Shown here in pieces: positions 1 through 9,879 of a DNA stretch of 64,000 bases; within the stretch, counting starts at the first letter, position 1, and each line of letters begins with the position of its first letter. This DNA is from an uncultured archaeon (lineage in GTDB: Archaea; Asgardarchaeota; Thorarchaeia; Thorarchaeales; Thorarchaeaceae): contig CAZLEV010000010.1 in assembly GCA_964558645.1 (NCBI GenBank), positions 32,001 through 96,000 on the forward strand, read 5' to 3'. Under the pieces are notes generated by a model. It searched no databases, had not been told where the DNA came from, and saw only the letters and a program-made list of their open reading frames with translations. The position numbers were made by a program, and so were the translations under genes.

Positions 1-210
1 AAATTCATCTATACCGGGGTTTGTGAGACCAACAGCATTGAGAAGACCACCACGTGATGCAGTTATCACTGGCCCTGGGTGTCCTTCTCTTGGTTCAATT
101 CCTACGGATTTGGTGACCACCACATCTGCACCGGCGCGATGAACACGCTTCATAATCGATGCTGTCACACCTAGAACACCCGATGCCAGCCAATAGCCTT
201 GTATCTTCAA
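1..210 (-). CDS. pyrD: Dihydroorotate dehydrogenase, N-terminal part (runs off the window)
   Basis: Manual translation gives LKIQGYWLASGVLGVTASIMKRVHRAGADVVVTKSVGIEPREGHPGPVITASRGGLLNAVGLTNPGIDEF, with family-1 DHOD motifs ASG, TKS and NAVGLxNPG. TTG start at 210 follows AGGTG. Confidence 0.85.
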   Translation of the reverse strand, partial: MKIQGYWLASGVLGVTASIMKRVHRAGADVVVTKSVGIEPREGHPGPVITASRGGLLNAVGLTNPGIDEF

Positions 211-336
211 GTATACACCTGCTTGCGTAGAGCAACACGAATGTAATAAGCGAAACGGGACTGTCCAAGTTCGGAAGGACGGACAGTCAAACTTATCCGC
301 ATAGTTCGTGTTCTACCTTGATGGAGTGAGCGAAGA

Positions 337-1563
337 TTGGCCACATATCTCGCAAATACTGTATTCGGGCTGTTCCTTATAGACGAAGAGAGTAAAATCC
401 TGGACAGTACTCTATTCTATCCAGATTCGGGGAGGGCTGCCGAGTTCCTGCATGATAACGAGGGTGAAGAGATGCCTGGTGACCTATCATCTATTCTACA
501 GAAGGCTTCTCTTTCTGCTATTGTTGTTGAAAGCCCTGAACTGGGCAGGATCATCCGATCTAATACTGACATAGAAGTTTCAGTCAATCCGACATCGGAT
601 CCGATTAGTTGGTTCAGAACAAGCATTCACGACTCTGCTCTTCTAGAGAAAGAACAGGTCGAATCCCCGTCGGCACTCAGAGAATTCAAGCGGGAAGTCG
701 CCATGAACATAGCTCGACTCCGAATCATTGCGGCCACCTCGGAAAGGGATTTGGCCATCAAGAACACCGTTGATGCTATCGACGAAGTTGACAAATCAAT
801 CAACCTATTGGCCATGCGTCTCAGTGATTGGTACTCGACCTATGACCCTCTACTCCCCACGATTGTTGATGAGTACGAGGTATTTGCCCGAATAGTGCTC
901 GAGATGAGCGAAGGTACACTTGATAAAGACTCGCTCAGCAAATATGGTGTAGATCGATCGAAACTCCATGGAATGGATGATTCTGTTCTTCAGAGTCTTC
1001 GAACGACTATGCCTGCTGATGATGCTGAGGCAATCAAAGCAGTCGCAGAAACTATCGCTTCTCTGATGTCTACACGGTCTGAGCTCGAGAAACATGTGAC
1101 TAATCTGATGTCAGAGATTGCCCCAAATATCTCTGCACTTGCTGGCCCTTTGATTGGCGCTCGGCTGATTAGTCTTGCGGGTTCATTGGAAACGCTTGCG
1201 CATAAACCCTCTAGTACTGTACAAGTCTATGGTGCAGAAAAGGCTCTGTTTCGAAGTCTGAGAACAGGAACTGACCCGCCGAAGCATGGCATTATCTTTC
1301 AAGCCCCCTCTGTCAACACTGCTCCGTACTGGCAGAGAGGCAAGATTGCCCGGGCATTAGCGGGTAAGCTGGCAATAGCTGCCAAAGTCGATGCGTATTC
1401 TGACAGGAATATTGGGGAGAGTCTAAGAGAGGAATTCGAAAATCGTTTGGAGGAGATTAGGCGTCAGAATCCTGACCCACCGCAGGAATCACCCAAGACA
1501 AAACAAAAAGGCTCGCCAAGGAGAGGACCAAGAAATACATCACACAAGAGAGGGGGGCGTTAG
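337..1563 (+). CDS. nop5: Box C/D RNP core protein Nop5 (Nop56/58)
   Basis: Nop domain motifs GARLISLAGSL, QVYGAEKALF, PPKHGIIF and RGKIARALAGK; basic tail; adjacent to fibrillarin. Confidence 0.96.
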   Translation: MATYLANTVFGLFLIDEESKILDSTLFYPDSGRAAEFLHDNEGEEMPGDLSSILQKASLSAIVVESPELGRIIRSNTDIEVSVNPTSDPISWFRTSIHDSALLEKEQVESPSALREFKREVAMNIARLRIIAATSERDLAIKNTVDAIDEVDKSINLLAMRLSDWYSTYDPLLPTIVDEYEVFARIVLEMSEGTLDKDSLSKYGVDRSKLHGMDDSVLQSLRTTMPADDAEAIKAVAETIASLMSTRSELEKHVTNLMSEIAPNISALAGPLIGARLISLAGSLETLAHKPSSTVQVYGAEKALFRSLRTGTDPPKHGIIFQAPSVNTAPYWQRGKIARALAGKLAIAAKVDAYSDRNIGESLREEFENRLEEIRRQNPDPPQESPKTKQKGSPRRGPRNTSHKRGGR

Positions 1564-1564
1564 A

Positions 1565-2260
1565 ATGAAGGTAACCAAGCACAAGTTTCCCGGCGTCTAT
1601 ATGATTGAGGAGAGAGGCAAGACATCACTGGCTACACGTTCCTTGACCGGTGACGGCAGCGTCTATGGGGAGAAGGTCTTGGATATAGATGGCGTAGAAT
1701 ATCGCTTATGGCCTTCTAGAAGGTCCAAGCTGTCTGCAGCTATTCGAAATGATCTCAGAGAGATGCCTATACAACGAGGGTCCAAGGTTCTATACCTTGG
1801 AGCAGCTTCCGGGACGACGGTGAGTCATGTTTCTGATATAATAGGAGAACAGGGCACTATCTATGCAGTTGAGTTCTCTCCAAAGGTGGCTCGCAACTTG
1901 CTAAGTCTTTCCCAGTCGCGTTCCAACATCGTACCTCTTGTCAATGATGCTAGACACCCAATACAATACTCTCCCTTTATCACCGAACCAATCGATATTG
2001 TCTATCAAGACATAGCCCAGCCTAATCAGGCAACTATCTTTATAGACAACATCCGGCAGTTTTGCAGCTTTGGTGCTTGGGGGATGATTGCAATCAAAGC
2101 AAGAAGTATCGACTCATCAGTTCCCATAAATCGAGCCTTTAACAAAGAGATGTCCGAGATTGTGGCATCTGGACTTGGCTTGGTCGAGAAAGTGAATCTT
2201 GAGCCGTTCGAGAAAGACCATCTTTTCGCATTGGTGCGTGTCACAGAAACAGCTGTTTGA
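1565..2260 (+). CDS. flpA: Fibrillarin-like rRNA/tRNA 2'-O-methyltransferase
   Basis: Motifs RSKLSAAI, VLYLGAASGTTVSHVSD, YAVEFS, DIAQPNQA and IKARSID. Confidence 0.97.
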   Translation: MKVTKHKFPGVYMIEERGKTSLATRSLTGDGSVYGEKVLDIDGVEYRLWPSRRSKLSAAIRNDLREMPIQRGSKVLYLGAASGTTVSHVSDIIGEQGTIYAVEFSPKVARNLLSLSQSRSNIVPLVNDARHPIQYSPFITEPIDIVYQDIAQPNQATIFIDNIRQFCSFGAWGMIAIKARSIDSSVPINRAFNKEMSEIVASGLGLVEKVNLEPFEKDHLFALVRVTETAV

Positions 2261-2402
2261 GATAGCTCCCTGAAACCATGCTTGATACTGGTGAATGTTA
2301 ATCTATCGTGATCGTTAGCATCGGGAAGACGAATGGGAGATCTTTTCACAATCAGCAATCCTGAAAAGGATTATATCCTAAGTTTACACGGGACGTGAAA
2401 GG

Positions 2403-3362
2403 ATGACAAAGGCTAGACAGAATCTGATTGAGGAGGTTATCTCTCAGTTAGAGACCACCGGGTTTAGTCTGTCATCCAAGTGTGATATGAGACCTAGTTG
2501 TTTTGATTTAGTAGCAAGGAGAAACGATAGACTCATTCTGATTAAAATCCTCTCCAATATCGATGCACTCACAAGAGAAGACGCTATTGCACTCCAGCTT
2601 GTGGCACAGTTTTTCAATGCTACTCCCCTGATAGTTGGCCTAAGAAATCGAAGGGGGGATTTGGAGGACGGAGTTGTCTACAAGCGATATGGGGTATCTA
2701 CGATTGCACCACCTAGCCTCGGATCCGTCATTCGGAAGAATGACCTCCCGCGTGAGTTTATACAACGGGGGGGTCGTTTTGTGGCTATTGACGGGGCAAT
2801 GCTGAAGGAGGTTCGGCTATCTCGGCGTTTCACCAAGAAAGAGCTTGCTGACTGTGTGCAGGTTTCTGCTCGTGCTATTCTTGCATACGAGAAGGACGAG
2901 ATGGATGTCAGTACTGAGGTTGCAGAACGTCTGGAGGAAGTACTCGAAACTAATCTAGTCATCCCCGTAGATGTGCTGTCGAAACCTCAAGTCCAGAAAC
3001 CACTTACGCAACAACGAAACCCTGACACCATCTCGAGTCTGGAAATCAGGGTCAATGAATTCTTTGAGCGTCTTGGCATGAATGTCTTGTGGACAGACCG
3101 TGCTCCATTCCAAGTCGCTGCAAAGGAGGACGGCCCTCCGCTGATGTCGGGGGTCGGGTCACTCAAATCATGGGCACTGAATAAACGGATGGAAATCATA
3201 AAGAGCGTATCTAACGTTTCGGAAGCGAATGCAGTAATAATAGTGGAAGAAGGCGAAGCAGACGAGAATGTTTCTGATTTAGCTGTTATACGTCAGCTAG
3301 AGCTAGACGAAATCGAGAAACCGAACGAGCTGAAGAGAATAATATCGGAGCGTTCCACTTAG
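2403..3362 (+). CDS. Archaeal HTH-type transcriptional regulator (COG1395-like)
   Basis: N-terminal SCFDLVARR and KILSNID, central Cro/XRE-type HTH (TKKELADCVQVSARAILAYEK), C-terminal RAPF. Confidence 0.8.
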   Translation: MTKARQNLIEEVISQLETTGFSLSSKCDMRPSCFDLVARRNDRLILIKILSNIDALTREDAIALQLVAQFFNATPLIVGLRNRRGDLEDGVVYKRYGVSTIAPPSLGSVIRKNDLPREFIQRGGRFVAIDGAMLKEVRLSRRFTKKELADCVQVSARAILAYEKDEMDVSTEVAERLEEVLETNLVIPVDVLSKPQVQKPLTQQRNPDTISSLEIRVNEFFERLGMNVLWTDRAPFQVAAKEDGPPLMSGVGSLKSWALNKRMEIIKSVSNVSEANAVIIVEEGEADENVSDLAVIRQLELDEIEKPNELKRIISERST

Positions 3363-3364
3363 AA

Positions 3365-4042
3365 TCAAATCTCGTCAAGTTTCAATTGCCTACCACCGAA
3401 CTCCTCCATAATTACTCTAACTGACTCCCAACTCTGCCTCACAAATGGGGGAATCTTTCTCGTCCTTGCACACTCTCGTACAAAACAGATAGACTTTGGA
3501 TCTCCTGGGTATCCAGAACCAATGTCGCCAAAATCGGTCTGTAGGCGCTCAATGGATCTATCACGAATCACCTTTGCAATGATTGAAGCAGCTGCTACTA
3601 CTTTGTACCTTTCATCTGCCTTATGCTCAGAAACGACCTTGCACTGCCCAGGTCTGAGATCCGATAATCGGAATACAGTTTCGCCGAAGCGCCGAGGATT
3701 CACGTCCGCTGCATCTATGTAAACCACGTCAGGCTCCAACTCTCTTAAGATAGACCCAAATGCTGCTGCCTCTATAAGATTAAGTGAAACCCCTCTCTTT
3801 CTCTTTCTATCTATCTCTAATGCAGGAATGCTTCGGATGGCAACACCTCGCGCTATCTCTTGTATCTCGTCATAAAGCTCAAACCTCTGTCTAGGAGTCA
3901 CCATCTTCGAATCTCTGATATTGATACTGTCAAGTTGACGACACCCCTCTGGGTCAAAGACCACTCCGCAGACCACCATCGGGCCTAGCATTGGCCCTCG
4001 GCCAGCCTCATCCATACCTGCACTTCTGTGATAGTTAACCAT
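3365..4042 (-). CDS. rnhB: Ribonuclease HII
   Basis: GMDEAGRGPMLGPMV, DSK, YIDAAD, SEHKAD, AAASIIAKV, GSGYPGDP. Start moved to the ATG at 4042. Confidence 0.96.
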   Translation of the reverse strand: MVNYHRSAGMDEAGRGPMLGPMVVCGVVFDPEGCRQLDSINIRDSKMVTPRQRFELYDEIQEIARGVAIRSIPALEIDRKRKRGVSLNLIEAAAFGSILRELEPDVVYIDAADVNPRRFGETVFRLSDLRPGQCKVVSEHKADERYKVVAAASIIAKVIRDRSIERLQTDFGDIGSGYPGDPKSICFVRECARTRKIPPFVRQSWESVRVIMEEFGGRQLKLDEI

Positions 4043-4206
4043 GGTCCTACTCTTTCTTACACGCATTCTAGTGCTTATTACCATCACGCCTTGACGCTTC
4101 TTCACATCTCTCGATAGTATCTGATACCAACAAAGCCTCAATGCACAGAAACCTTCATATCATCCGCTGATCTGTTCGCATTTCAATGGTACCTGCTACC
4201 ATGCTC

Positions 4207-4372
4207 GGGGCGGTGGCCTAGTCAATCGCGTTGAGTTTCAACGTGGTCTGCAACGGTATGGCGACGGGCTCCAGATCTCGGCTCATTTAGAGCCAAGAAC
4301 TAATAGGGTCAATAGATGCTGTCGCCTGGCGAAACTCGTCGATCGTGGGTTCGAATCCCATCCGCCCCACCA
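4207..4372 (+). tRNA. trnW: tRNA-Trp(CCA) with two introns (D-loop ~4224-4253; canonical 37/38 ~4275-4333)
   Basis: Acceptor stem GGGGCGG/CCGCCCC followed by ACCA; anticodon arm ACGGG-CT-CCA-GA..CTCGT; T arm GTGGG-TTCGAAT-CCCAT; two hairpin-containing insertions. Confidence 0.92.
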
Positions 4373-4469
4373 GTTCTATCACTTGGCGCTGGTTTCCTGT
4401 ATGCAAATTTGCTCAAACGGAAAGTGCCTTTTATCCATAATCCATTAGATATACACTGGAGGCATAATC

Positions 4470-5312
4470 TTGACAAGTTGCGGCCGTACGTTGGCACTTA
4501 TTGGAATGTTTCTTATCCTTCCAATTACAGGCCTACCGATAGTTCGTGCTCAAGATGATGGGGCCCCTCCAGTTTCTGCTGTTTTCGAGATAGACTCGTT
4601 CAGCTACCGTGCCTCATTTCAGCTTGATGACGGCACAGAGGCCCTGCTGATTCGGGCTGTGTTCACGATATCTTATTTCTACCGGCATCACCATCCCACG
4701 GTGAGCCAGCACCATATGAGTGCATATCTGGGATTCTACTATGGGCGAACCATCCTTGGTCGAGCAGTATTGAGTGATATTCTGGTCGATAGCATTGCAT
4801 TCTACCCCTGGTGGCATGACAGTGCGGGCTACCTCACTGACTACTTTCCAGACAAACCGATGTTCACAATATCTGATTCCCTTAATGATGGATTGTTGGT
4901 CTACACGAGTTTTCTCATGGACGGTGATGCAATATCGAGAATCATTCCTGACTTTGGTGGCAGATTAGTGTTTAACCACCTGACATTCGTTTTGAGCGAT
5001 GACTCGAAGAAGAGTGTTTCCAATGGCACAATCGAGATATTTCTCGAGAAAAACTACAACGATCTCACTCCAGAAAGTGCCACGTTGAATAGCACAGAGA
5101 ATCTATCCTATGTTGCTGATTATCGAACCATTCAAGTGGCCACTACTGTAGGAACGCCTCTCCTGGCCGTATTCGATCGATTCCTAGCTTTTTCGTTCAT
5201 AGTTGGAGGAGTTGTCCTTCTTGTCTTAACAGTTCTGCACATCAGAGGTGTGATATGCCTTCCTTATGCGAGAATCAGACGTTCGATACTTGAGAAGACT
5301 AAACCTAGATAG
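4470..5312 (+). CDS. Hypothetical surface protein (signal peptide plus C-terminal TM helix)
   Basis: Hydrophobic N-terminus ending VRA-Q; C-terminal TM segment followed by basic residues. Confidence 0.65.
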   Translation: MTSCGRTLALIGMFLILPITGLPIVRAQDDGAPPVSAVFEIDSFSYRASFQLDDGTEALLIRAVFTISYFYRHHHPTVSQHHMSAYLGFYYGRTILGRAVLSDILVDSIAFYPWWHDSAGYLTDYFPDKPMFTISDSLNDGLLVYTSFLMDGDAISRIIPDFGGRLVFNHLTFVLSDDSKKSVSNGTIEIFLEKNYNDLTPESATLNSTENLSYVADYRTIQVATTVGTPLLAVFDRFLAFSFIVGGVVLLVLTVLHIRGVICLPYARIRRSILEKTKPR

Positions 5313-5340
5313 TTCCCTAAGAGTGACTACTTACACACGG

Positions 5341-5353
5341 CAAGCTTTAAAAC
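5341..5353 (+). promoter_or_regulatory. BRE/TATA promoter of the 5S rRNA gene
   Basis: CAAGCTTTAAAAC about 25 nt upstream of the 5S start. Confidence 0.6.
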
Positions 5354-5377
5354 CGCTGCAGCATTTTTTGTGTCTTG

Positions 5378-5496
5378 ATGGCGGCCATAGGCGTCGGTGA
5401 AATACCCGGTCTCTTACCGAACCCGGAAGTCAAGCCCGATGCCGTTGAAGGAACTGTGCGGTGCGCGAGCCCGTGACAAGCCTTCAAGCTGCCACA
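5378..5496 (+). rRNA. rrf: 5S rRNA (stand-alone)
   Basis: Terminal helix TGGCGGC/GCTGCCA; conserved GGCCATAG, ACCCGG..CCGAACCCGGAAGTCAAGCC and GCGAG loop. Confidence 0.93.
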
Positions 5497-5698
5497 TTCT
5501 TTCATTATCCACTTCATGCATTGTGATACGGGCTCCTAATCCACTTCAGATTTCTTCTTCCCGCCCTTAACCCCAATGGTTCAAGAGATATCCGAACCCA
5601 CATCGGAATCCATCTTTGTAGTCTACTAGGACGCACTTCTTTTTTTTGGCACTTTCATCTCCTAGATAGAAACGATTAAAGCGAAAACACCAGAGGTC

Positions 5699-6832
5699 GT
5701 GATGATACCTATGCAGTTCGGTGGAGAGCCCAACGAATTCAGTTGGATAATCAATCTTGCATTCTTTGCCTTCATCATGCTCTTCAGCCTCTATGGGCAG
5801 AAGATTCAGATGTGGCAATGGCTCAAACAGATTGAATCAGGTCTTCTAGAGCTAAAGCGGATGTTCTTGGAATCCAGACAGACCGCAATTGACACCTTCA
5901 AAGAATTCGGACGGCCCGAAGATGAAGTTGCTGGGGATCTCGACCGCTGGCTTGACTACTTCACCATCATGCCGGTCGATCTCGATCCAGCCGGGGTCAT
6001 TCAACGTCTGGATCATCTTCTGGATGAGAGAAGAGATCGTTTCGAGGAGTTTGTTGGTGATTTAGCTCCAGATGCTGATGGAAAGATGCGGCAGAATCTT
6101 GAGAACACCCTTGAGGTGACTCAGGTCATGAATCTAATCTTCCGTGTTGTTCGGCACTACTATATTCTCGGCAAGAAGTATGGGAGTCAAATAATGATCA
6201 TGCAAATACAGATGCAGCTTCCCGAGCTACTGCGTATTGCAGAGGCATACTTTCAGGCTATGGGGGCATTCTCGGTTGGAAAACCAATTGGCGACGGTAT
6301 AGGCCCACTGATTGTTACAAAGTTTGCGCGCCAGTACGGTGCAGCAAAGGAGAGTTATGTTGATAATCTTGCACGCGAAGTCGGTTACTATCCTGTCGAT
6401 GTCGAGGGGCGAACTCTCTTTGCGGTCAGAGCAACAGGACCCGGAGGCACTGTGGGGAAACCCGGCCTCGCCATCGAAAACCTTGTCAAACAGAACAACG
6501 GTGATATCTCTCGGATAATAACAATAGACGCAGCACTCAAACTCGAAGGTGAGGAACTCGGCCGGGTATCAGAGGGCACAGGGGCCGCAATAGGAGATCC
6601 AGGCCCTGAGAAGTATGCAATAGAAGAAGTAGCTAGGAAGAATGGCATTCCTCTTGAGGCTGTTGTTGTGAAGGAAGACGAGAAGGCTGCAGTGGGCATC
6701 ATGCAGAAGGAACTACTGAATGCCATTCCCGAGGCATTGGAACGCATCAAGACTGCGATAATAAAGCGAACTAAGAAAGGGGATCGGGTAATCCTAGCTG
6801 GGATAGGAAACACTATTGGGATAGGACTATGA
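5699..6832 (+). CDS. DUF1512 family protein
   Basis: N-terminal TM; PVDLDPAG, PIGDGIGPL, GPGGTVGKPG, TIDAALKLEGE and GIGNTIGIG motifs. Confidence 0.85.
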   Translation: MMIPMQFGGEPNEFSWIINLAFFAFIMLFSLYGQKIQMWQWLKQIESGLLELKRMFLESRQTAIDTFKEFGRPEDEVAGDLDRWLDYFTIMPVDLDPAGVIQRLDHLLDERRDRFEEFVGDLAPDADGKMRQNLENTLEVTQVMNLIFRVVRHYYILGKKYGSQIMIMQIQMQLPELLRIAEAYFQAMGAFSVGKPIGDGIGPLIVTKFARQYGAAKESYVDNLAREVGYYPVDVEGRTLFAVRATGPGGTVGKPGLAIENLVKQNNGDISRIITIDAALKLEGEELGRVSEGTGAAIGDPGPEKYAIEEVARKNGIPLEAVVVKEDEKAAVGIMQKELLNAIPEALERIKTAIIKRTKKGDRVILAGIGNTIGIGL

Positions 6833-6836
6833 GGTT

Positions 6837-7208
6837 TTGAAAATGGGCATTATATCTAGAGTAGTCGGACTAATTATCACCGGAGCAGGTGCTGTGATTC
6901 TCTTCTGGGGGATGAACAGTGATCCCTCGTATTCATTCATCTGGTTTCTAATAGGAATGGTCGTGATGTCAATTGGTTTCGGACTCATTAGCGGTGGAAA
7001 AGAACCTGAAGTTCCCGAGCCACCTCCACCTACAGTGACGGAGATTGTCTGTGACAATCCGGACTGCGATTTCAAGGAACTCCGTGATTTTGAAGACACC
7101 GACTATATCCTTAAGCCTGTTGACGCCGCCTGCCCCAAATGTGAGGGCTCAATGACCATCCAAGGCATCTACATAGTCAGAGAGAAAGAAGAAGAAATCA
7201 ACATCTAA
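6837..7208 (+). CDS. Small membrane protein with C-terminal Zn ribbon
   Basis: Two TM helices, a Pro-rich linker, then CDNPDC...CPKC. Confidence 0.75.
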   Translation: MKMGIISRVVGLIITGAGAVILFWGMNSDPSYSFIWFLIGMVVMSIGFGLISGGKEPEVPEPPPPTVTEIVCDNPDCDFKELRDFEDTDYILKPVDAACPKCEGSMTIQGIYIVREKEEEINI

Positions 7209-8104
7209 TCTAGCTTGGTTAATGGGATTGCTCCTTCTTCTGAAATGTAGACGGTATGTTCTGACTGACTTACAGGACGTTCCTTCTTTTCGACAAGAAC
7301 GGGGTATCCCTTGATAGCCCTCTTCTTCAGAAGAATCCGAAACTTGCTCATGATGTCAATCTTATCATCTGTCGCTCCCACCCATCTTGATGCGAAAGGG
7401 AAAGGACCATATCGTTTTCTTAGATGCTGGCGAAGTTTCTCAGCCACCTCATTGTCTACTGGTCTATCAGATGCTGTATTTGCGAAAATGTAGATGTTCT
7501 TGCTCTGGTCTATACTTCTTCCACTGGTAGCAAAGGGCTCTATTGCATAATATTCTCCTTGTTCGATTCTTGTTGAATCGCGATTCCTTATATTCGGAAT
7601 CTTCTTCCCAGCATGAAGATTGAATCGCTCCAGATTATGCCCCGTAAGCTCCCTCACAGGTCGTAGCCCATAGGCATCAATTACGCGCTCTATTACCTGC
7701 CCTACCATGCTGACCTTCATACCCACTTTAATGGCTTTTATTGCCTCTTGTAAAGCATCATCAGTTGCTGCTACCATTCCCTCAAGGGACCCGTCAATAT
7801 CTACTGTTCGCGCGGTATCTGCAATATATCCGTCAATGTGTGTCCCGAGATCGATCTTCACAAGACCGAATTCTGGAATGACTGTTCTATCACCCTTTGG
7901 GGCGGTATAGTGAGCAGCAATATGATCTATCGAAACGTTGCAGGGAAAGGCAGGCTTCGCGCCCAGTTTGATGATGCACCTTTCTGCCTCACTGCATATG
8001 GATATCACTTTCTTTCCTGGCTCAACCATTTCACAAGTTTCCTGCAATACTCTCGCAGCAATCCTTCCAGCCTTCACACTCAGTGGATTTGGCTTATCCT
8101 GCAT
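7205..8104 (-). CDS. map: Type II methionine aminopeptidase (copy 1)
   Basis: AFPCN, AAHYT, KIDLG..DG..D, GH, LHAG, AIEPF and EHTV. Confidence 0.93.
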   Translation of the reverse strand: MQDKPNPLSVKAGRIAARVLQETCEMVEPGKKVISICSEAERCIIKLGAKPAFPCNVSIDHIAAHYTAPKGDRTVIPEFGLVKIDLGTHIDGYIADTARTVDIDGSLEGMVAATDDALQEAIKAIKVGMKVSMVGQVIERVIDAYGLRPVRELTGHNLERFNLHAGKKIPNIRNRDSTRIEQGEYYAIEPFATSGRSIDQSKNIYIFANTASDRPVDNEVAEKLRQHLRKRYGPFPFASRWVGATDDKIDIMSKFRILLKKRAIKGYPVLVEKKERPVSQSEHTVYISEEGAIPLTKLD

Positions 8105-8166
8105 GAAGTCACCAGACTGGATTCTGCAATTCAGACTTCTTAAGAGGTTCCATCTTGGCCTATGCG

Positions 8167-9090
8167 CTATTTTCCCTGCTTTGTGGTAACAATGCTCCTG
8201 TCTTCTCCTATAAACACAGTATGTTCCCATTGAGCAACCATTCCCTCTTTCCCCTCAGTCAGGACCGGATACCCTCGAATCACTCCTGCCTGAAGCAACC
8301 TTCGGAATGATGTACGTATACCCTCATCCATCCTAATCCATCTTGACGCGAAAGGCAGGCTTCTGAATCGTTTTCTCAGAGTGTTGCAAAGCTGCCTGTC
8401 CGAACGATTGAGCTTACACTTTGTATTCGAAACATTGGAGAAGATATAGACCTCTTCTCCTACCTTTATTGAACCGATTCCATCAGTTGCAAATGGTTCA
8501 ATCGCGTATATCTCTCCCTTCTGCACTCTCTCAGGTCCGGTTGTTCTCACATTTGGTATACTCTTTCCAGCATGCAATACCCATGGTTCCATCTGATGAC
8601 CCGAGAGCTGGTACACAGGATTCAGGCCTTCTTTTCTTATAGCTGTCTCGATTGCTGCTCCGATAGTTCCCAATCTAGTTCCAGGTCTGACCAAATCGAT
8701 GGCAGCAGTCAATGCATTCTGTACTGCGCTGATAAAGTCCGCATAAGAACCATCCATATCTACCGTAAGTGCTGTGTCAGACAGATGACCATTCACGTGG
8801 GCTCCAAGGTCGATCTTTATGAGCCCCCTATCGGGCAAGACCCGCAAATCTCCTTCAGGGCTTGTATAATGGGCCGCCTCTTCATTAGTCGATATATTGC
8901 AGGGAAAGGCATGACCTGTTGCACCATACTCGATGGTCTTGCTTTCTGCCATCTGGCATAATCTGAGCACACTAACGCCTGGCTTAGCCTCTTTGGCTAT
9001 CTCAGATATCACCTTGGACGCAATCTTTCCTGCCTGTAGCAAATCCGGATGTGGACGTATGGTCATGGGTAGACTCGAATCCTCACTCAT
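8167..9090 (-). CDS. map: Type II methionine aminopeptidase (copy 2)
   Basis: Same full motif set (AFPCN, AAHYT, KIDLGAHVNGHLSD, GH, LHAG, AIEPF, EHTV). Confidence 0.93.
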   Translation of the reverse strand: MSEDSSLPMTIRPHPDLLQAGKIASKVISEIAKEAKPGVSVLRLCQMAESKTIEYGATGHAFPCNISTNEEAAHYTSPEGDLRVLPDRGLIKIDLGAHVNGHLSDTALTVDMDGSYADFISAVQNALTAAIDLVRPGTRLGTIGAAIETAIRKEGLNPVYQLSGHQMEPWVLHAGKSIPNVRTTGPERVQKGEIYAIEPFATDGIGSIKVGEEVYIFSNVSNTKCKLNRSDRQLCNTLRKRFRSLPFASRWIRMDEGIRTSFRRLLQAGVIRGYPVLTEGKEGMVAQWEHTVFIGEDRSIVTTKQGK

Positions 9091-9198
9091 ATTCCGACTT
9101 AAGTTGTTGCTCTTGACATTCTTGGTATAAATCACCTTACTAAATCGAAAAGTAAATGTTCTTTGCCAGTGTTCTCTCAGTCAAGGAGCTTGTTGATT

Positions 9199-9870
9199 AT
9201 GAAATTCACATATCTTGGTCATTCTTCTTTCAAAATAGAATCAGAAGGGAAGACGGTTTTCGTTGACCCTTGGCTTGATGGTCCAACCTCCCCCCTCAAG
9301 ACCGATGACATAGAAGATGCAGATGTTGTGCTTGTCACCCATGATCATGGTGATCATGGATTTGCTGAGGCTTTGAGAATCTGTAGGAAGACCGGTGCCT
9401 ACTTCGTTGCAATCAATGAACTTGGCATCAAGGCGAAGGAGGAGAATGGTTTGGAGAATGTTCATACGCTGAACATTGGCGGAAGTGTTGAAATAGAGGA
9501 CATCAAGATTACACTTGTTCAAGCATTCCATTCCTGTGGTACTGGTGCGCCAACCGGATTCGTTGTATCTTTTCGAGATGGCTCATTCTATCATGCAGGC
9601 GACACAGGTGTTTTCTCGAGCATGAGCCTCATTGGCGAACTCTACTCGCCAGATGTAGCTCTTCTACCCATTGGTTCGTACTACGTAATGGACGAGGAGC
9701 AGGCAGCACTTGCTGTCAGCCTTCTAAATCCCAAACATGTAATTCCTATGCACTACGATACTTTTCCAGCAATTAAGGCCGATCCCGAGAAGTTCAAATC
9801 CTTAGTATCGAGAAGAAATCCCTCGACGACTGTGACAGTTCTCAGACCCGGAGAGGATGTGCAGTTATAG
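9199..9870 (+). CDS. Metallo-beta-lactamase-fold hydrolase (UPF0173-like)
   Basis: YLGHS, THDHGDH, YHAGDT, LLPIG and IPMHYDTF. Confidence 0.9.
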   Translation: MKFTYLGHSSFKIESEGKTVFVDPWLDGPTSPLKTDDIEDADVVLVTHDHGDHGFAEALRICRKTGAYFVAINELGIKAKEENGLENVHTLNIGGSVEIEDIKITLVQAFHSCGTGAPTGFVVSFRDGSFYHAGDTGVFSSMSLIGELYSPDVALLPIGSYYVMDEEQAALAVSLLNPKHVIPMHYDTFPAIKADPEKFKSLVSRRNPSTTVTVLRPGEDVQL

Positions 9871-9879
9871 GACTCTGCA

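Noticed and set aside
4275-4333. Intron-encoded box C/D guide as in euryarchaeal tRNA-Trp
   Set aside because: TTAGAGCC-AAGA faintly resembles the C34 guide, but no C box or CTGA D box is present; at most vestigial.
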